Positions 43,239 through 51,907 of a stretch of DNA of 64,000 nt are shown piece by piece. A program made the position numbers and the translations under genes. The stretch comes from Mycoplasmatota bacterium (GTDB taxonomy: Bacteria; Bacillota_I; Bacilli_A; Acholeplasmatales; Acholeplasmataceae): positions 78,379 through 142,378 of the forward strand of contig JANKMU010000004.1 of the NCBI GenBank assembly GCA_024650045.1, read 5' to 3'. The notes beneath the pieces are model-generated. The model had not been told where the DNA came from, did no database searches, and saw only the letters and a program-made list of their open reading frames with translations. Numbering within the stretch: the stretch's first letter is position 1; each line of letters starts with the position of its first letter.

Positions 43239-44027
43239 ATGAAAGAAGGTGATACAGTGGAAATATTCGTTTTGGCCAGTGGATCAAAAGGGAATATGAC
43301 CTACTTAAAAGTAGGTGATATTAAACTCTTTATTGATGCAGGAATTAGCTATAAAAAAATTAAAGATAAGATGACGATGTATCAAGAAAATATCTATGAT
43401 GTTAAGAGTTTATTGATTACTCATGAACATCATGATCACACAACGGGTTTAAAGATGCTTTTGAAGCAAGGCTTTGTTGAAGATGTTTACTTAACAAAGG
43501 GAACATATGATGCACTACCTATTGATGTTGTTAACTTATTTCAAAATACACATATTATAACTATAGATTTAGCATTTATGATTAGTGATGTAACCATCAC
43601 TCCTTTTATGGCATCTCATGATGCTGCAGAACCAGTTGGTTATGTAATTCAACACGACGATAAGAAAGTTGTCATATTAACGGATTCAGGTTATGTTGAT
43701 CAGTCGTACTATGAATTGTTAAGTAATGCGAATTTATATCTATTAGAAGCGAATCATCATCCGACAAAATTAATGAATTCACCAAGACCGTTTTTATTGA
43801 AAAAAAGAATCCTAAGCGAACTTGGGCATTTGTCAAATGATGATGCAGCATGGCTCATGAACGTTTTAGTTAAGAATATCGTGAGCAAATGGGTGGTTGC
43901 TCATATTTCGGAAGATTGTAATTCAATTATTGATATTGAAGAAGCCATTGTAAAGGCATTTGATGACCCTACAAAAATTGAAGTTTATTATACAACTCAA
44001 GATGGGTTACCAGGTATAAAAATATGA
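43239..44027 (+). CDS. MBL-fold metallo-hydrolase, YycJ/WalJ-like
   Basis: VLASGSKGN N-terminus and HEHHDH metal motif. An alternative start at GTG 43257 after AAGGTGA is at least as likely. Confidence 0.8.
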   Translation: MKEGDTVEIFVLASGSKGNMTYLKVGDIKLFIDAGISYKKIKDKMTMYQENIYDVKSLLITHEHHDHTTGLKMLLKQGFVEDVYLTKGTYDALPIDVVNLFQNTHIITIDLAFMISDVTITPFMASHDAAEPVGYVIQHDDKKVVILTDSGYVDQSYYELLSNANLYLLEANHHPTKLMNSPRPFLLKKRILSELGHLSNDDAAWLMNVLVKNIVSKWVVAHISEDCNSIIDIEEAIVKAFDDPTKIEVYYTTQDGLPGIKI

Positions 44028-44467
44028 TAAAAATAATAGTTGTTGGGAAACTAAATCAGAAGTACTTAAATCAAGGAATTCAGTACTATGAAAAGCAAAT
44101 ACCTTCCAAAATTGATTTTATAGAAGTGAGTGATGAATCAACCGAACAAGGAATAACTATTGAAGGTGAGCGTATTTTATCAAAAGTAAAAGACTCTGAT
44201 TATGTTATTGCCTTAGCAATTAACGGTAAGATGATGGACAGTGTTGATTTTTCTAAATTACTAGACCAAAACTTAACATATCATCAAGGTGATATGGTTT
44301 TCATTATTGGAGGGTCATATGGACTTAGCGAAGAGGTTATGAGTAGAGCTAATCAAAAAATCTCTTTTTCTAAACTGACTTTCCCACATCAACTGATGAG
44401 ATTAATTTTAATTGAACAAATCTATAGGGGTTTTATGATCCTAAAACATCACCCCTATCATAAGTGA
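44024..44467 (+). CDS. rlmH: 23S rRNA (pseudouridine1915-N3)-methyltransferase RlmH
   Basis: SPOUT fold, 147 aa, IIGGSYGLSEEV motif. ATGA overlap with the upstream gene. Confidence 0.88.
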   Translation: MIKIIVVGKLNQKYLNQGIQYYEKQIPSKIDFIEVSDESTEQGITIEGERILSKVKDSDYVIALAINGKMMDSVDFSKLLDQNLTYHQGDMVFIIGGSYGLSEEVMSRANQKISFSKLTFPHQLMRLILIEQIYRGFMILKHHPYHK

Positions 44468-44475
44468 GATAGCAT

Positions 44476-45099
44476 ATGGTTAAATATATATTTTGGGATT
44501 TTAATGGAACAATTTTAGACGATGCTCATCTTTGTTTTGATATTTTAAACGAGATGTTAAAAGAAGAAAAAAGACCATCAGTGACTTTTGAAGAGTATTT
44601 GATGATTTTTACTTTTCCCGTAGAAGATTATTATGCAAAAGTCTATGATTTTAACCAAACCAGTTTTAAAGTATTAGCACATCGTTTTATCGAAAGATAT
44701 CAGCCAAGAAGTTTTGAACTATCTCTTCATCAAGATGTTGTTAATACCATTAAACAATTTGAAAAAGAGGGGAAAACTAATATTTTATTATCAGCTTCCG
44801 AAGAAAATAATTTAAACGAACAATTGAGACATTTTAAAATAGACCATTTATTCTCACATGTTTTGGGAACATCAAATGTTTATGCAAACAGTAAAGTTGA
44901 CGTCGCAAAACAATTTATTAAGAAACATAACATCAATCCAAAAGAATGCGTGATGATAGGAGATACACTACACGATGCAGAAGTAGCAAAAGAACTAGGA
45001 CTAGATATTATCTTATACACAAAAGGACACCAACATCCCAAACGTTTAACAAAATATAAAAATATCGATACTTTTATTGAATTAATTGGTAAAATATAA
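44476..45099 (+). CDS. HAD-superfamily phosphatase (phosphoglycolate-phosphatase-like)
   Basis: DxD motif in IFWDFNGTILDD and motif IV GDTLHD. Confidence 0.75.
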   Translation: MVKYIFWDFNGTILDDAHLCFDILNEMLKEEKRPSVTFEEYLMIFTFPVEDYYAKVYDFNQTSFKVLAHRFIERYQPRSFELSLHQDVVNTIKQFEKEGKTNILLSASEENNLNEQLRHFKIDHLFSHVLGTSNVYANSKVDVAKQFIKKHNINPKECVMIGDTLHDAEVAKELGLDIILYTKGHQHPKRLTKYKNIDTFIELIGKI

Positions 45100-45139
45100 A
45101 TACTAGATATATTTTATATAAAATATAAGGAGAGAGAAA

Positions 45140-45991
45140 ATGAAAAAGATAGCGATATTGACATGCAGTAATGCAGGGCTTGACTATTTGGATTATCCAA
45201 AAGACATACGTATTTTAAGATCTGTCATTCACTTTGGAACTGACGAGTCTTATGATGATTTTGTCCAAATGGATGCTAAAACTTTTTATGAAAGAATATC
45301 AAAAGATCCAAATGACATCCCTAAAACATCCTATGTGTCTCCAGGACGTATGATTGAAATTTTTGAAGAACTAGAAAAAGAAGGTTATGAGGAAGCTTTA
45401 GTTATAACAATATCTTCCCAACTTAGCGGTTTATATGAAGCAGTAAAAAGAGTTGCTAAAGATGTTAACTTAAAAGTTACCGTTTTTGATTCCCTTACGT
45501 TAGCATATGCTGAAGCATACATGGTGCTTGAAGCACATCGTTTAGTCGAAGAAGGAAAATCAGTTGAAGACATAATTAAATATCTTGAGAAAATCAGAGA
45601 TAACGATTGCGTTTATGTCGCCGTAGATACACTTTTATATCTTGTTAAAAACGGTAGACTGTCCAAACTACAAGGTACTTTAGGAACTATGTTGCAATTA
45701 AAACCATTATTAGTTTTAGGTGATGATGGGAAAGTTCAGTCATTAGAAAAAATAAGAACAACACATAAAGCACAGCAACGTGTTTTGGAAAAATATATTG
45801 AAGACACAAAAGACTTAAATGTTCTTACCTTTATCTCGCATGCACATAATGAAGAAGCTGTACAATGGTTTAAAGATGAAATAAAAAAAGTATTCCCAGA
45901 AAGAGACGTTATTAGTGCGTATCTAACACCGGTTGTCGGGGCACATACCGGTCCTAAAGGTATTGGGTTAGGATACATTAAATTAGGCTAA
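45140..45991 (+). CDS. DegV-family fatty-acid-binding protein
   Basis: MKKIAILTCSNAGLDY start and SSQLSGLYEA motif, about 280 aa. Confidence 0.85.
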   Translation: MKKIAILTCSNAGLDYLDYPKDIRILRSVIHFGTDESYDDFVQMDAKTFYERISKDPNDIPKTSYVSPGRMIEIFEELEKEGYEEALVITISSQLSGLYEAVKRVAKDVNLKVTVFDSLTLAYAEAYMVLEAHRLVEEGKSVEDIIKYLEKIRDNDCVYVAVDTLLYLVKNGRLSKLQGTLGTMLQLKPLLVLGDDGKVQSLEKIRTTHKAQQRVLEKYIEDTKDLNVLTFISHAHNEEAVQWFKDEIKKVFPERDVISAYLTPVVGAHTGPKGIGLGYIKLG

Positions 45992-46007
45992 TCATAAGTA
46001 AATATAA

Positions 46008-46038
46008 AGTTAGAGATAACAATCTTTAACTTTTTTTA
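46008..46038 (+). terminator. Intrinsic terminator after degV
   Basis: 10-bp stem AGTTAGAGAT/ATCTTTAACT (one G-U pair) followed by T7. Confidence 0.75.
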
Positions 46039-46081
46039 TTAGCAATAATAAGTGATATAATAATTAAAAGGAGATATAAAA

Positions 46082-46558
46082 ATGAGAAAATTTGCAAATG
46101 ATTTCAAAGTGTTCATAACACGCGGGAATGTATTAAATTTAGCAGTTGCAGTCATTATTGGTGGGGCATTCGGGAAAATCATCACGAGTTTAGTTAAAGA
46201 TATATTAATGCCTATTATTAGTTTGATTATAGGTAAAGATGGTTTTGCAAACTATAAATATATTATTACTGAAGCTAATCCAGACTTAGGTATAGCTGAA
46301 AATGCTATTAATTACGGACTATTTATCCAAAATATTATAGATTTTGTTATTATTGCCTTTATCATTTTCTTGATTGTTAGATTGGCAGCGAGAGCAACCT
46401 TGTTAGCAAATCAAAAGCAAATTGAAGAAGAAAGAATTAAAAAAGAAGAGGAAGAAAGAATTAAAAAAGAAAAAGAGGCACTCGAAGCTAAGAAACCTAA
46501 AGCTGAAGATCTATTAGCTGATATCAAGCTTTTGTTAGAGAAAAATTTAAAAAAGTAG
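46082..46558 (+). CDS. mscL: Large-conductance mechanosensitive channel with an extended charged C-terminal tail
   Basis: FITRGNVLNLAVAVIIGGAFGKIITSLVKDILMP is the canonical MscL TM1 region. At 158 aa it is longer than my recollection of typical MscL (about 130 aa). Confidence 0.9.
   Translation: MRKFANDFKVFITRGNVLNLAVAVIIGGAFGKIITSLVKDILMPIISLIIGKDGFANYKYIITEANPDLGIAENAINYGLFIQNIIDFVIIAFIIFLIVRLAARATLLANQKQIEEERIKKEEEERIKKEKEALEAKKPKAEDLLADIKLLLEKNLKK
46427..46471 (+). repeat. In-frame 24-nt tandem duplication inside the mscL tail
   Basis: GAAGAAAGAATTAAAAAAGAA occurs at 46427..46447 and again at 46451..46471, encoding EERIKKE twice. Confidence 0.9.
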
Positions 46559-46595
46559 CATAAAAATATAGTATATTTAATATTTCAATAAAACA

Positions 46596-46628
46596 AGGGC
46601 TGAATTCCAAAAAGGAATCAGCCCTTTT
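46596..46628. terminator. Bidirectional intrinsic terminator between mscL and pdxT
   Basis: 12-bp stem AGGGCTGA(A)TTCC/GGAATCAGCCCT with loop AAAAA. T-runs are present on both strands. Confidence 0.8.
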
Positions 46629-46672
46629 ACATACGTGAATAATATATGACTGTTCACGTATCGTGGATCCAA

Positions 46673-47254
46673 TTATGCTTTACTTAAATTTTTCTTCACT
46701 AATTCAAGAAAGTATTCATGAACATAGGTGCTATCTGTTAATTCAGGATGAAATGCAGTAGCAATTTGATTACCTTGTCTGCTTGCAACAATGTGATCAT
46801 TAACAACAGATAATACCTCAACATCATCTCCGCATGAAGCGATAAATGGAGCTCTAATAAAAGTCATAGGAATATCGATATTATTGAATTTTGCAAATGT
46901 GAAGAAACTTCCCAATTGTCTGCCATACGCATTTCTTTCAACAGCAATGTCCATTGTTTTAAAATACTCTCGCTCGTCATTTGTTAGTTTTTTAGCTAAT
47001 AAAATCATACCAGCACATGTACCTAAAACTGGAAGTCCATTATTAATCTTTTCTTGAAGTAGATCAAACATTTTTAAATCTTTCAATAATTTTCCCATGG
47101 TCGTACTTTCTCCACCAGGTAGAATCAAACCATCCATAGGAAGTGATAAATCTTTTAATTGTCTGATTTCAAATGATTTAACATTGAGTTTATCAAAAAT
47201 ATGTCTATGTTCAATAAATGCACCTTGAACCGCGAGGATGCCAATCGTTATCAT
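46673..47254 (-). CDS. pdxT: Pyridoxal 5'-phosphate synthase glutaminase subunit
   Basis: IGILAVQGAF N-terminus and catalytic Cys in LGTCAGMILLA, 193 aa. Confidence 0.95.
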   Translation of the reverse strand: MITIGILAVQGAFIEHRHIFDKLNVKSFEIRQLKDLSLPMDGLILPGGESTTMGKLLKDLKMFDLLQEKINNGLPVLGTCAGMILLAKKLTNDEREYFKTMDIAVERNAYGRQLGSFFTFAKFNNIDIPMTFIRAPFIASCGDDVEVLSVVNDHIVASRQGNQIATAFHPELTDSTYVHEYFLELVKKNLSKA

Positions 47255-48138
47255 TACTTGCCTCGTTCTGCCATTAACAATTCAATTTCTTGTTCGTTAA
47301 TACCAACCATGGCTTCACCTAGGTTTTCAGAAATTTCAGCTAAAATTTTTGGGTCGTTAAAATTAGTTACTGCTTTTACGATGGCTTCAGCACGCTTTTT
47401 AGGATCACCTGATTTAAAGATACCTGAACCAACAAATACACCTTCAGCCCCTAGTTGCATCATGAGTGCTGCATCAGCAGGAGTAGCAACTCCTCCAGCT
47501 GCAAAATTTACAACTGGTAATTTCCCATGATCATGAACATATTTTACTAAATCATATGATACACCCATTTGTTTTTGTAAAACATAGAGTTCATCTTCTC
47601 TGAGCGATTGAATTGATCTAATCTCTTTTTGGATTGCTCTCATATGTCTAACTGCTTGGATAATATCTCCGGTTCCTGGTTCACCTTTTGTACGAATCAT
47701 TGCTGCACCTTCCGCAATTCTTCTGAGTGCTTCACCTAAATCTTTTGCTCCGCAAACAAATGGAACCTTAAACTCTTGTTTATTTATATGGTGAACATCA
47801 TCAGCAGGTGATAAAACTTCACTTTCATCAATATAATCAATTTCGATTGCTTCTAATATTTGTGCTTCTACAAAATGTCCAATACGCACCTTTGCCATAA
47901 CAGGAATTGATACTGCCTTTTGAATTTCTTTAATCATTTTTGGATCACTCATGCGTGATACACCACCTACAGCACGAATATCTGCTGGAATTCTTTCCAA
48001 AGCCATAACTGCAACCGCACCTGCAGCTTCAGCTATTTTAGCTTGTTCAGCATTTGATACGTCCATTATGACGCCACCTTTAAGCATTTGTGCTAATTCT
48101 TTGTTTAATTTATATCTTTCGTTATTCATCATTTTCAT
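47254..48138 (-). CDS. pdxS: Pyridoxal 5'-phosphate synthase lyase subunit
   Basis: [24 protein letters not shown] and [13 protein letters not shown] motifs, 294 aa. Confidence 0.97.
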   Translation of the reverse strand: MKMMNNERYKLNKELAQMLKGGVIMDVSNAEQAKIAEAAGAVAVMALERIPADIRAVGGVSRMSDPKMIKEIQKAVSIPVMAKVRIGHFVEAQILEAIEIDYIDESEVLSPADDVHHINKQEFKVPFVCGAKDLGEALRRIAEGAAMIRTKGEPGTGDIIQAVRHMRAIQKEIRSIQSLREDELYVLQKQMGVSYDLVKYVHDHGKLPVVNFAAGGVATPADAALMMQLGAEGVFVGSGIFKSGDPKKRAEAIVKAVTNFNDPKILAEISENLGEAMVGINEQEIELLMAERGK

Positions 48139-48179
48139 TCCTTTCTTGTTTTTTCCTCACTATTATTATAAAATAATAA

Positions 48180-48224
48180 CTGGTATATATAAATAGTCAG
48201 ATTAAGAAAAACAAAGCATACCAG
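48180..48224. promoter_or_regulatory. Candidate PdxR operator: inverted CTGGTAT / ATACCAG half-sites in the pdxS-pdxR intergenic region
   Basis: CTGGTAT at 48180..48186 and its reverse complement ATACCAG at 48218..48224, 38 bp start-to-start. MocR regulators bind spaced ATACCA-like repeats. Confidence 0.4.
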
Positions 48225-48242
48225 ATAAGTTGTGTGATACGA

Positions 48243-49625
48243 ATGAAAATTGGAAAATCAAAATCACCTTTATATGTAGAACTTTATGAGCAAATCAAAA
48301 AAATGATTCAAGAAGGTAAATATCTTGAAAATGAAAAATTGCCATCAAAAAGAAAATTAGGAGCTTCACTAAAAATTAGTCCCTTAACAGTTGATGCAGC
48401 TTATCAACAGTTGATTGCTGAAGGGTATGTTTATTCTATTGAGAAAAGCGGTTATTATGTGTCAAAACAAGTAGAAGTTTTAGAAAACATTAAAAAAGAA
48501 AAATACAAAGTCTCTTATGATACAAATAAAAAAGCGATTAATTATCAATATGAATTTAAAACAAACGTTGTGGACACATCGTTATTTCCAAATGCGACAT
48601 GGGCGAAACTATCTCGTGAAGTTTTATCTGAAAATCATCACGAGATGCTAAACATAACAAATCCTAAAGGTATGGAACCCTTAAGAAAAGAGATTGCTAA
48701 GTATTTAGAGCTTTATCGAGGGATGAAAGTCAATGAAGAACAAATCATTATTGGTTCTGGTACGACATCTTTAATCAGTATGCTCATTGAGATTTTAGGA
48801 AGAAATAAACATTATGCAATTGAAGATCCAGGTTATTCTAAAATTTATCATCTATATAAAGGGAATGATGTAGAACTATCATTGGTCTCTGTTGATGATG
48901 GAGGGCTTCGTGTAGATGCCCTCATTCAATCGAAAGCTAAAATCGTTCATATTACACCATCACACCAATTTCCAACAGGTGTAGTCATGCCTATTCAAAG
49001 AAGAAGTGAATTACTCAATTGGGCGATATCATCAAATAATCATTACATCATTGAAGATGATTATGATTCTGAATTTAGATTTCAAGGAAAACCTATCCCC
49101 GCTCTTCAAGGACTAGATGAACATCAAAAAGTCATCTATATGAATACATTTACTAAAACTTTAGCACCATCTTTTAGAATGAGCTATATGGTTTTACCAG
49201 AAAAGCTACTCAATGATTATCAAGAGATATCATCTCATCATGGATGTACAGTACCTAACTTTGAACAATATATTATGTATAAGTTCATGCATGGAGGATA
49301 TTTTGAAAGACACATCAATCGCATGAAAAATCACTACAGACAAAAAATTGATATCATTTTGAAGACGCTTCAAAATGAACCTCATCTTCAAATCAAAGGG
49401 CATGAAACAGGGCTTCATTTTTTGATGACTATTGATACAGATAAATCAGAAAAAGAAATCATAGAAGAAGCTAAAAAACATGAAATCAATGTATCAGGAC
49501 TCAGTATGTATTATATGAATCAAAAAAACAAGAATACAAAACCTACTCTTGTCATTGGATACTCAGGTATAAAAACCCAAGATATCAATCTATACATGTC
49601 AAAGTTAATTACATTACTGAAATAA
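48243..49625 (+). CDS. pdxR: MocR/GntR-family regulator with an aminotransferase-like effector domain (PdxR-like)
   Basis: N-terminal wHTH (LPSKRKLGASLKISPLTVDAAYQQLIAEGY) plus a fold-type I AAT domain with lysine context FTKTLAPSFRMSY. Divergent from pdxST. The start is moved to ATG 48243. Confidence 0.85.
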   Translation: MKIGKSKSPLYVELYEQIKKMIQEGKYLENEKLPSKRKLGASLKISPLTVDAAYQQLIAEGYVYSIEKSGYYVSKQVEVLENIKKEKYKVSYDTNKKAINYQYEFKTNVVDTSLFPNATWAKLSREVLSENHHEMLNITNPKGMEPLRKEIAKYLELYRGMKVNEEQIIIGSGTTSLISMLIEILGRNKHYAIEDPGYSKIYHLYKGNDVELSLVSVDDGGLRVDALIQSKAKIVHITPSHQFPTGVVMPIQRRSELLNWAISSNNHYIIEDDYDSEFRFQGKPIPALQGLDEHQKVIYMNTFTKTLAPSFRMSYMVLPEKLLNDYQEISSHHGCTVPNFEQYIMYKFMHGGYFERHINRMKNHYRQKIDIILKTLQNEPHLQIKGHETGLHFLMTIDTDKSEKEIIEEAKKHEINVSGLSMYYMNQKNKNTKPTLVIGYSGIKTQDINLYMSKLITLLK

Positions 49626-49672
49626 AATGAAAATGAGAATGCTTTTATTTTCATGTTCAAAGTATATTTTTT

Positions 49673-49693
49673 TATAGTATAATTGATACTATA
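49673..49693. promoter_or_regulatory. Palindromic operator candidate overlapping a TATAAT -10, upstream of the polysaccharide locus
   Basis: TATAGTAT-AATTG-ATACTATA has perfect 8-bp arms. The TATAAT hexamer (49678..49683) lies inside it, 38 nt before ATG 49731. Confidence 0.4.
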
Positions 49694-49730
49694 GTATACG
49701 TTTTTATGACACAAATAAACGAGGTATAAC

Positions 49731-51905
49731 ATGAAAAAACTGATTTTAGGTCTGATTATTTTCTTTGTTTTATTTCTAGTGAGCATTGGTATTCAATTTG
49801 TTATCAACATGCGTATCGATCCAATTCCAATGCGTCCATTGGAATCTTTTAATTCTGGAGGAAGTGACAGATTAATCTATTATTTCGATAAACATTTAAA
49901 AGATGAGGATTTACCTGAAGGTATAGAACTAACCGATGATTTTATCAATCAAGAACTTGAAGGTACATTTAGATACATCAACGGACGTTATGATGTTGCT
50001 GATTTTAGAGTCAATTCTTTAGTTCGCTTATATTTAGGATATAAAGATCACTTGCACCAAGATACACAAGATGATATTAAAGAAGTATTGTTAAACTTTA
50101 AGTATTGGATGGATCAAGGTGGAGAAGACAGCATGTGTTACTGGTCTGAAAATCATCAGATTCTTTTTGCTGTTGAAGAGTATTTAGTAGGACAAACATT
50201 TCCTAATGAAATCTTTACTGTGGATGGAAAAACCGGATTAGAACATATGGAAATGGCAAAAAATAGAATCAATATTTGGATGGAACAACGCTTTACTTAT
50301 GGTTTTACAGAATGGTATTCAAATAACTATTATCCAGAAGATATTTCTCCGATGTCTAATTTCATACAATATTCTGATGATCCAGTTATGGTCAACCGAA
50401 TGAAAATGATTATGGATTTATTGTGGTTTGACATGGCAAGTCAAAGTTTTAAATATGAAGGAAAAGATATGACCAGTGACCTAGATCGAACATATTATAT
50501 ATTTAATTCATCTATGGGTCGTGCATATTCAGATAATAGAGTAAGCGATGATACTGGCAATAGAATGCGCAATTATATTGATTTTGTAATGCAACCAGAA
50601 GAAACCAAGGATTTTGAAAACAGTTGGTTTACTTCAAGTAATGGATTTTTCAATTGCTTTAAACAAATGATGGAAGCTGTTGATGGAAATAATGAACCTT
50701 ATTATCAAATCCCTGATGTCATTAAAGAAATTTTTGATGACTCATCTGAAGAAAAAATATTGAAATCAAGTCAATCATTAAACGTTGAAGATCTTGAAAG
50801 TGAAGGCTTGCTAGGTCTTGAAGATCATCAAATTATGATGCAATGGAATATGGAAGCATTTAGTAATCCTGAAGTTGTTGATAATACAATTCAATATATG
50901 TCAAATCACAACATGTTTAAAAACGAATTTTTAAATGATTTTAAAATGGTCAATTTATGGCCACTTAGAGCATTTAATCTTTTATATATGGTAAGTGATA
51001 AATTAGAGCCAGTAACCAATGGAGTAGCAATAGAAAGAGCAAATGTCTATACATATAAAACACCTTACTACTCAATGCATACAGCTCAAGCTTATCAACC
51101 AGGAGAGTATGCAGATCAACATGCTATATCTTCAGTAAATTTGAGTAATCAAGTATCTGTGTTTTCAACGCAACCTGCTAAGATTCCTAGAAGAAGCGGA
51201 ACTCCAACTTACTGGACAGGAAACGGTAGACAACCATATAGTGTACAAGAAAAGAATGTTAATATTAGTATTTATCAACCACCAACAAAAACAGGTTTTA
51301 TGGAACCGATGATTATAAAAGAAACAACACATGTTTTTTTCCCATATCAGTTATTTGATGAAGTCAATGAATCTTACTTAGATCAAGGGTTCATTTTTGG
51401 ACGTGTTGGCTCAAGTATGATTGGAATAAAGGCTAGATATGAACTAGAGTTTGTTCCATATAGTGTAAGCAGTAATCCCGATGATATGGATGATATGTTG
51501 AAACGTGGAAGCGTTGGTAATGTTTTAACTGAGAAGTATGATTTGGTACAAATAGGTAGTGGAGACCATTATTATGTAACAGAATTATCAAATATAGAAA
51601 ATGAAACTTTTTCTCAGTTCATTAACAGAATGATGGATAATGATCTTAACTATGATGAAACAAATCATTCAATAGTTTATGAAACAGTGTTAAATAATGA
51701 GACTACAGCATCAGAACTTGTAGCAATTTATGATACAAGTTTCTCAGTTAATGGAATGATAAAGGATTTGGAATATCAACGTTATGAAAATGAATATGTT
51801 AAAAACGGAATCATCAATCGTAAACCAGATGAAATAGAATTTTCTTTTAACGGCAAATCTTTATTATTAAATTTCGTAAATCATACTAGAACCGTGGGTA
51901 ATTAA
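49731..51905 (+). CDS. Membrane-anchored/secreted 724-aa protein of unassigned family (paralog A), candidate polysaccharide lyase
   Basis: N-terminal signal-anchor MKKLILGLIIFFVLFLVSIG. It shares motif blocks with ORF 54123..55976 along its whole length (DFRxxxLxRxYLGYK, FKYWMDxxGEDxMCxWSENHQxLF, YGFxEWxSNxYYxEDI, GVAIERANxYTYKTxYY, FSTxP, WxGNG, QxKN). No family recognised by eye. Confidence 0.45.
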   Translation: MKKLILGLIIFFVLFLVSIGIQFVINMRIDPIPMRPLESFNSGGSDRLIYYFDKHLKDEDLPEGIELTDDFINQELEGTFRYINGRYDVADFRVNSLVRLYLGYKDHLHQDTQDDIKEVLLNFKYWMDQGGEDSMCYWSENHQILFAVEEYLVGQTFPNEIFTVDGKTGLEHMEMAKNRINIWMEQRFTYGFTEWYSNNYYPEDISPMSNFIQYSDDPVMVNRMKMIMDLLWFDMASQSFKYEGKDMTSDLDRTYYIFNSSMGRAYSDNRVSDDTGNRMRNYIDFVMQPEETKDFENSWFTSSNGFFNCFKQMMEAVDGNNEPYYQIPDVIKEIFDDSSEEKILKSSQSLNVEDLESEGLLGLEDHQIMMQWNMEAFSNPEVVDNTIQYMSNHNMFKNEFLNDFKMVNLWPLRAFNLLYMVSDKLEPVTNGVAIERANVYTYKTPYYSMHTAQAYQPGEYADQHAISSVNLSNQVSVFSTQPAKIPRRSGTPTYWTGNGRQPYSVQEKNVNISIYQPPTKTGFMEPMIIKETTHVFFPYQLFDEVNESYLDQGFIFGRVGSSMIGIKARYELEFVPYSVSSNPDDMDDMLKRGSVGNVLTEKYDLVQIGSGDHYYVTELSNIENETFSQFINRMMDNDLNYDETNHSIVYETVLNNETTASELVAIYDTSFSVNGMIKDLEYQRYENEYVKNGIINRKPDEIEFSFNGKSLLLNFVNHTRTVGN

Positions 51906-51907
51906 AG

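Noticed and set aside
47201-47530. 109-aa plus-strand ORF (Ala/Pro/Ser-rich) and 47951..48196
   Set aside because: Both are antisense shadows of pdxS, a gene with strong codon bias that produces open antisense frames.
49520-49786. 88-aa minus-strand ORF bridging the pdxR 3' end and the start of the polysaccharide locus
   Set aside because: It overlaps two well-supported plus-strand genes and their intergenic promoter. It has no SD.
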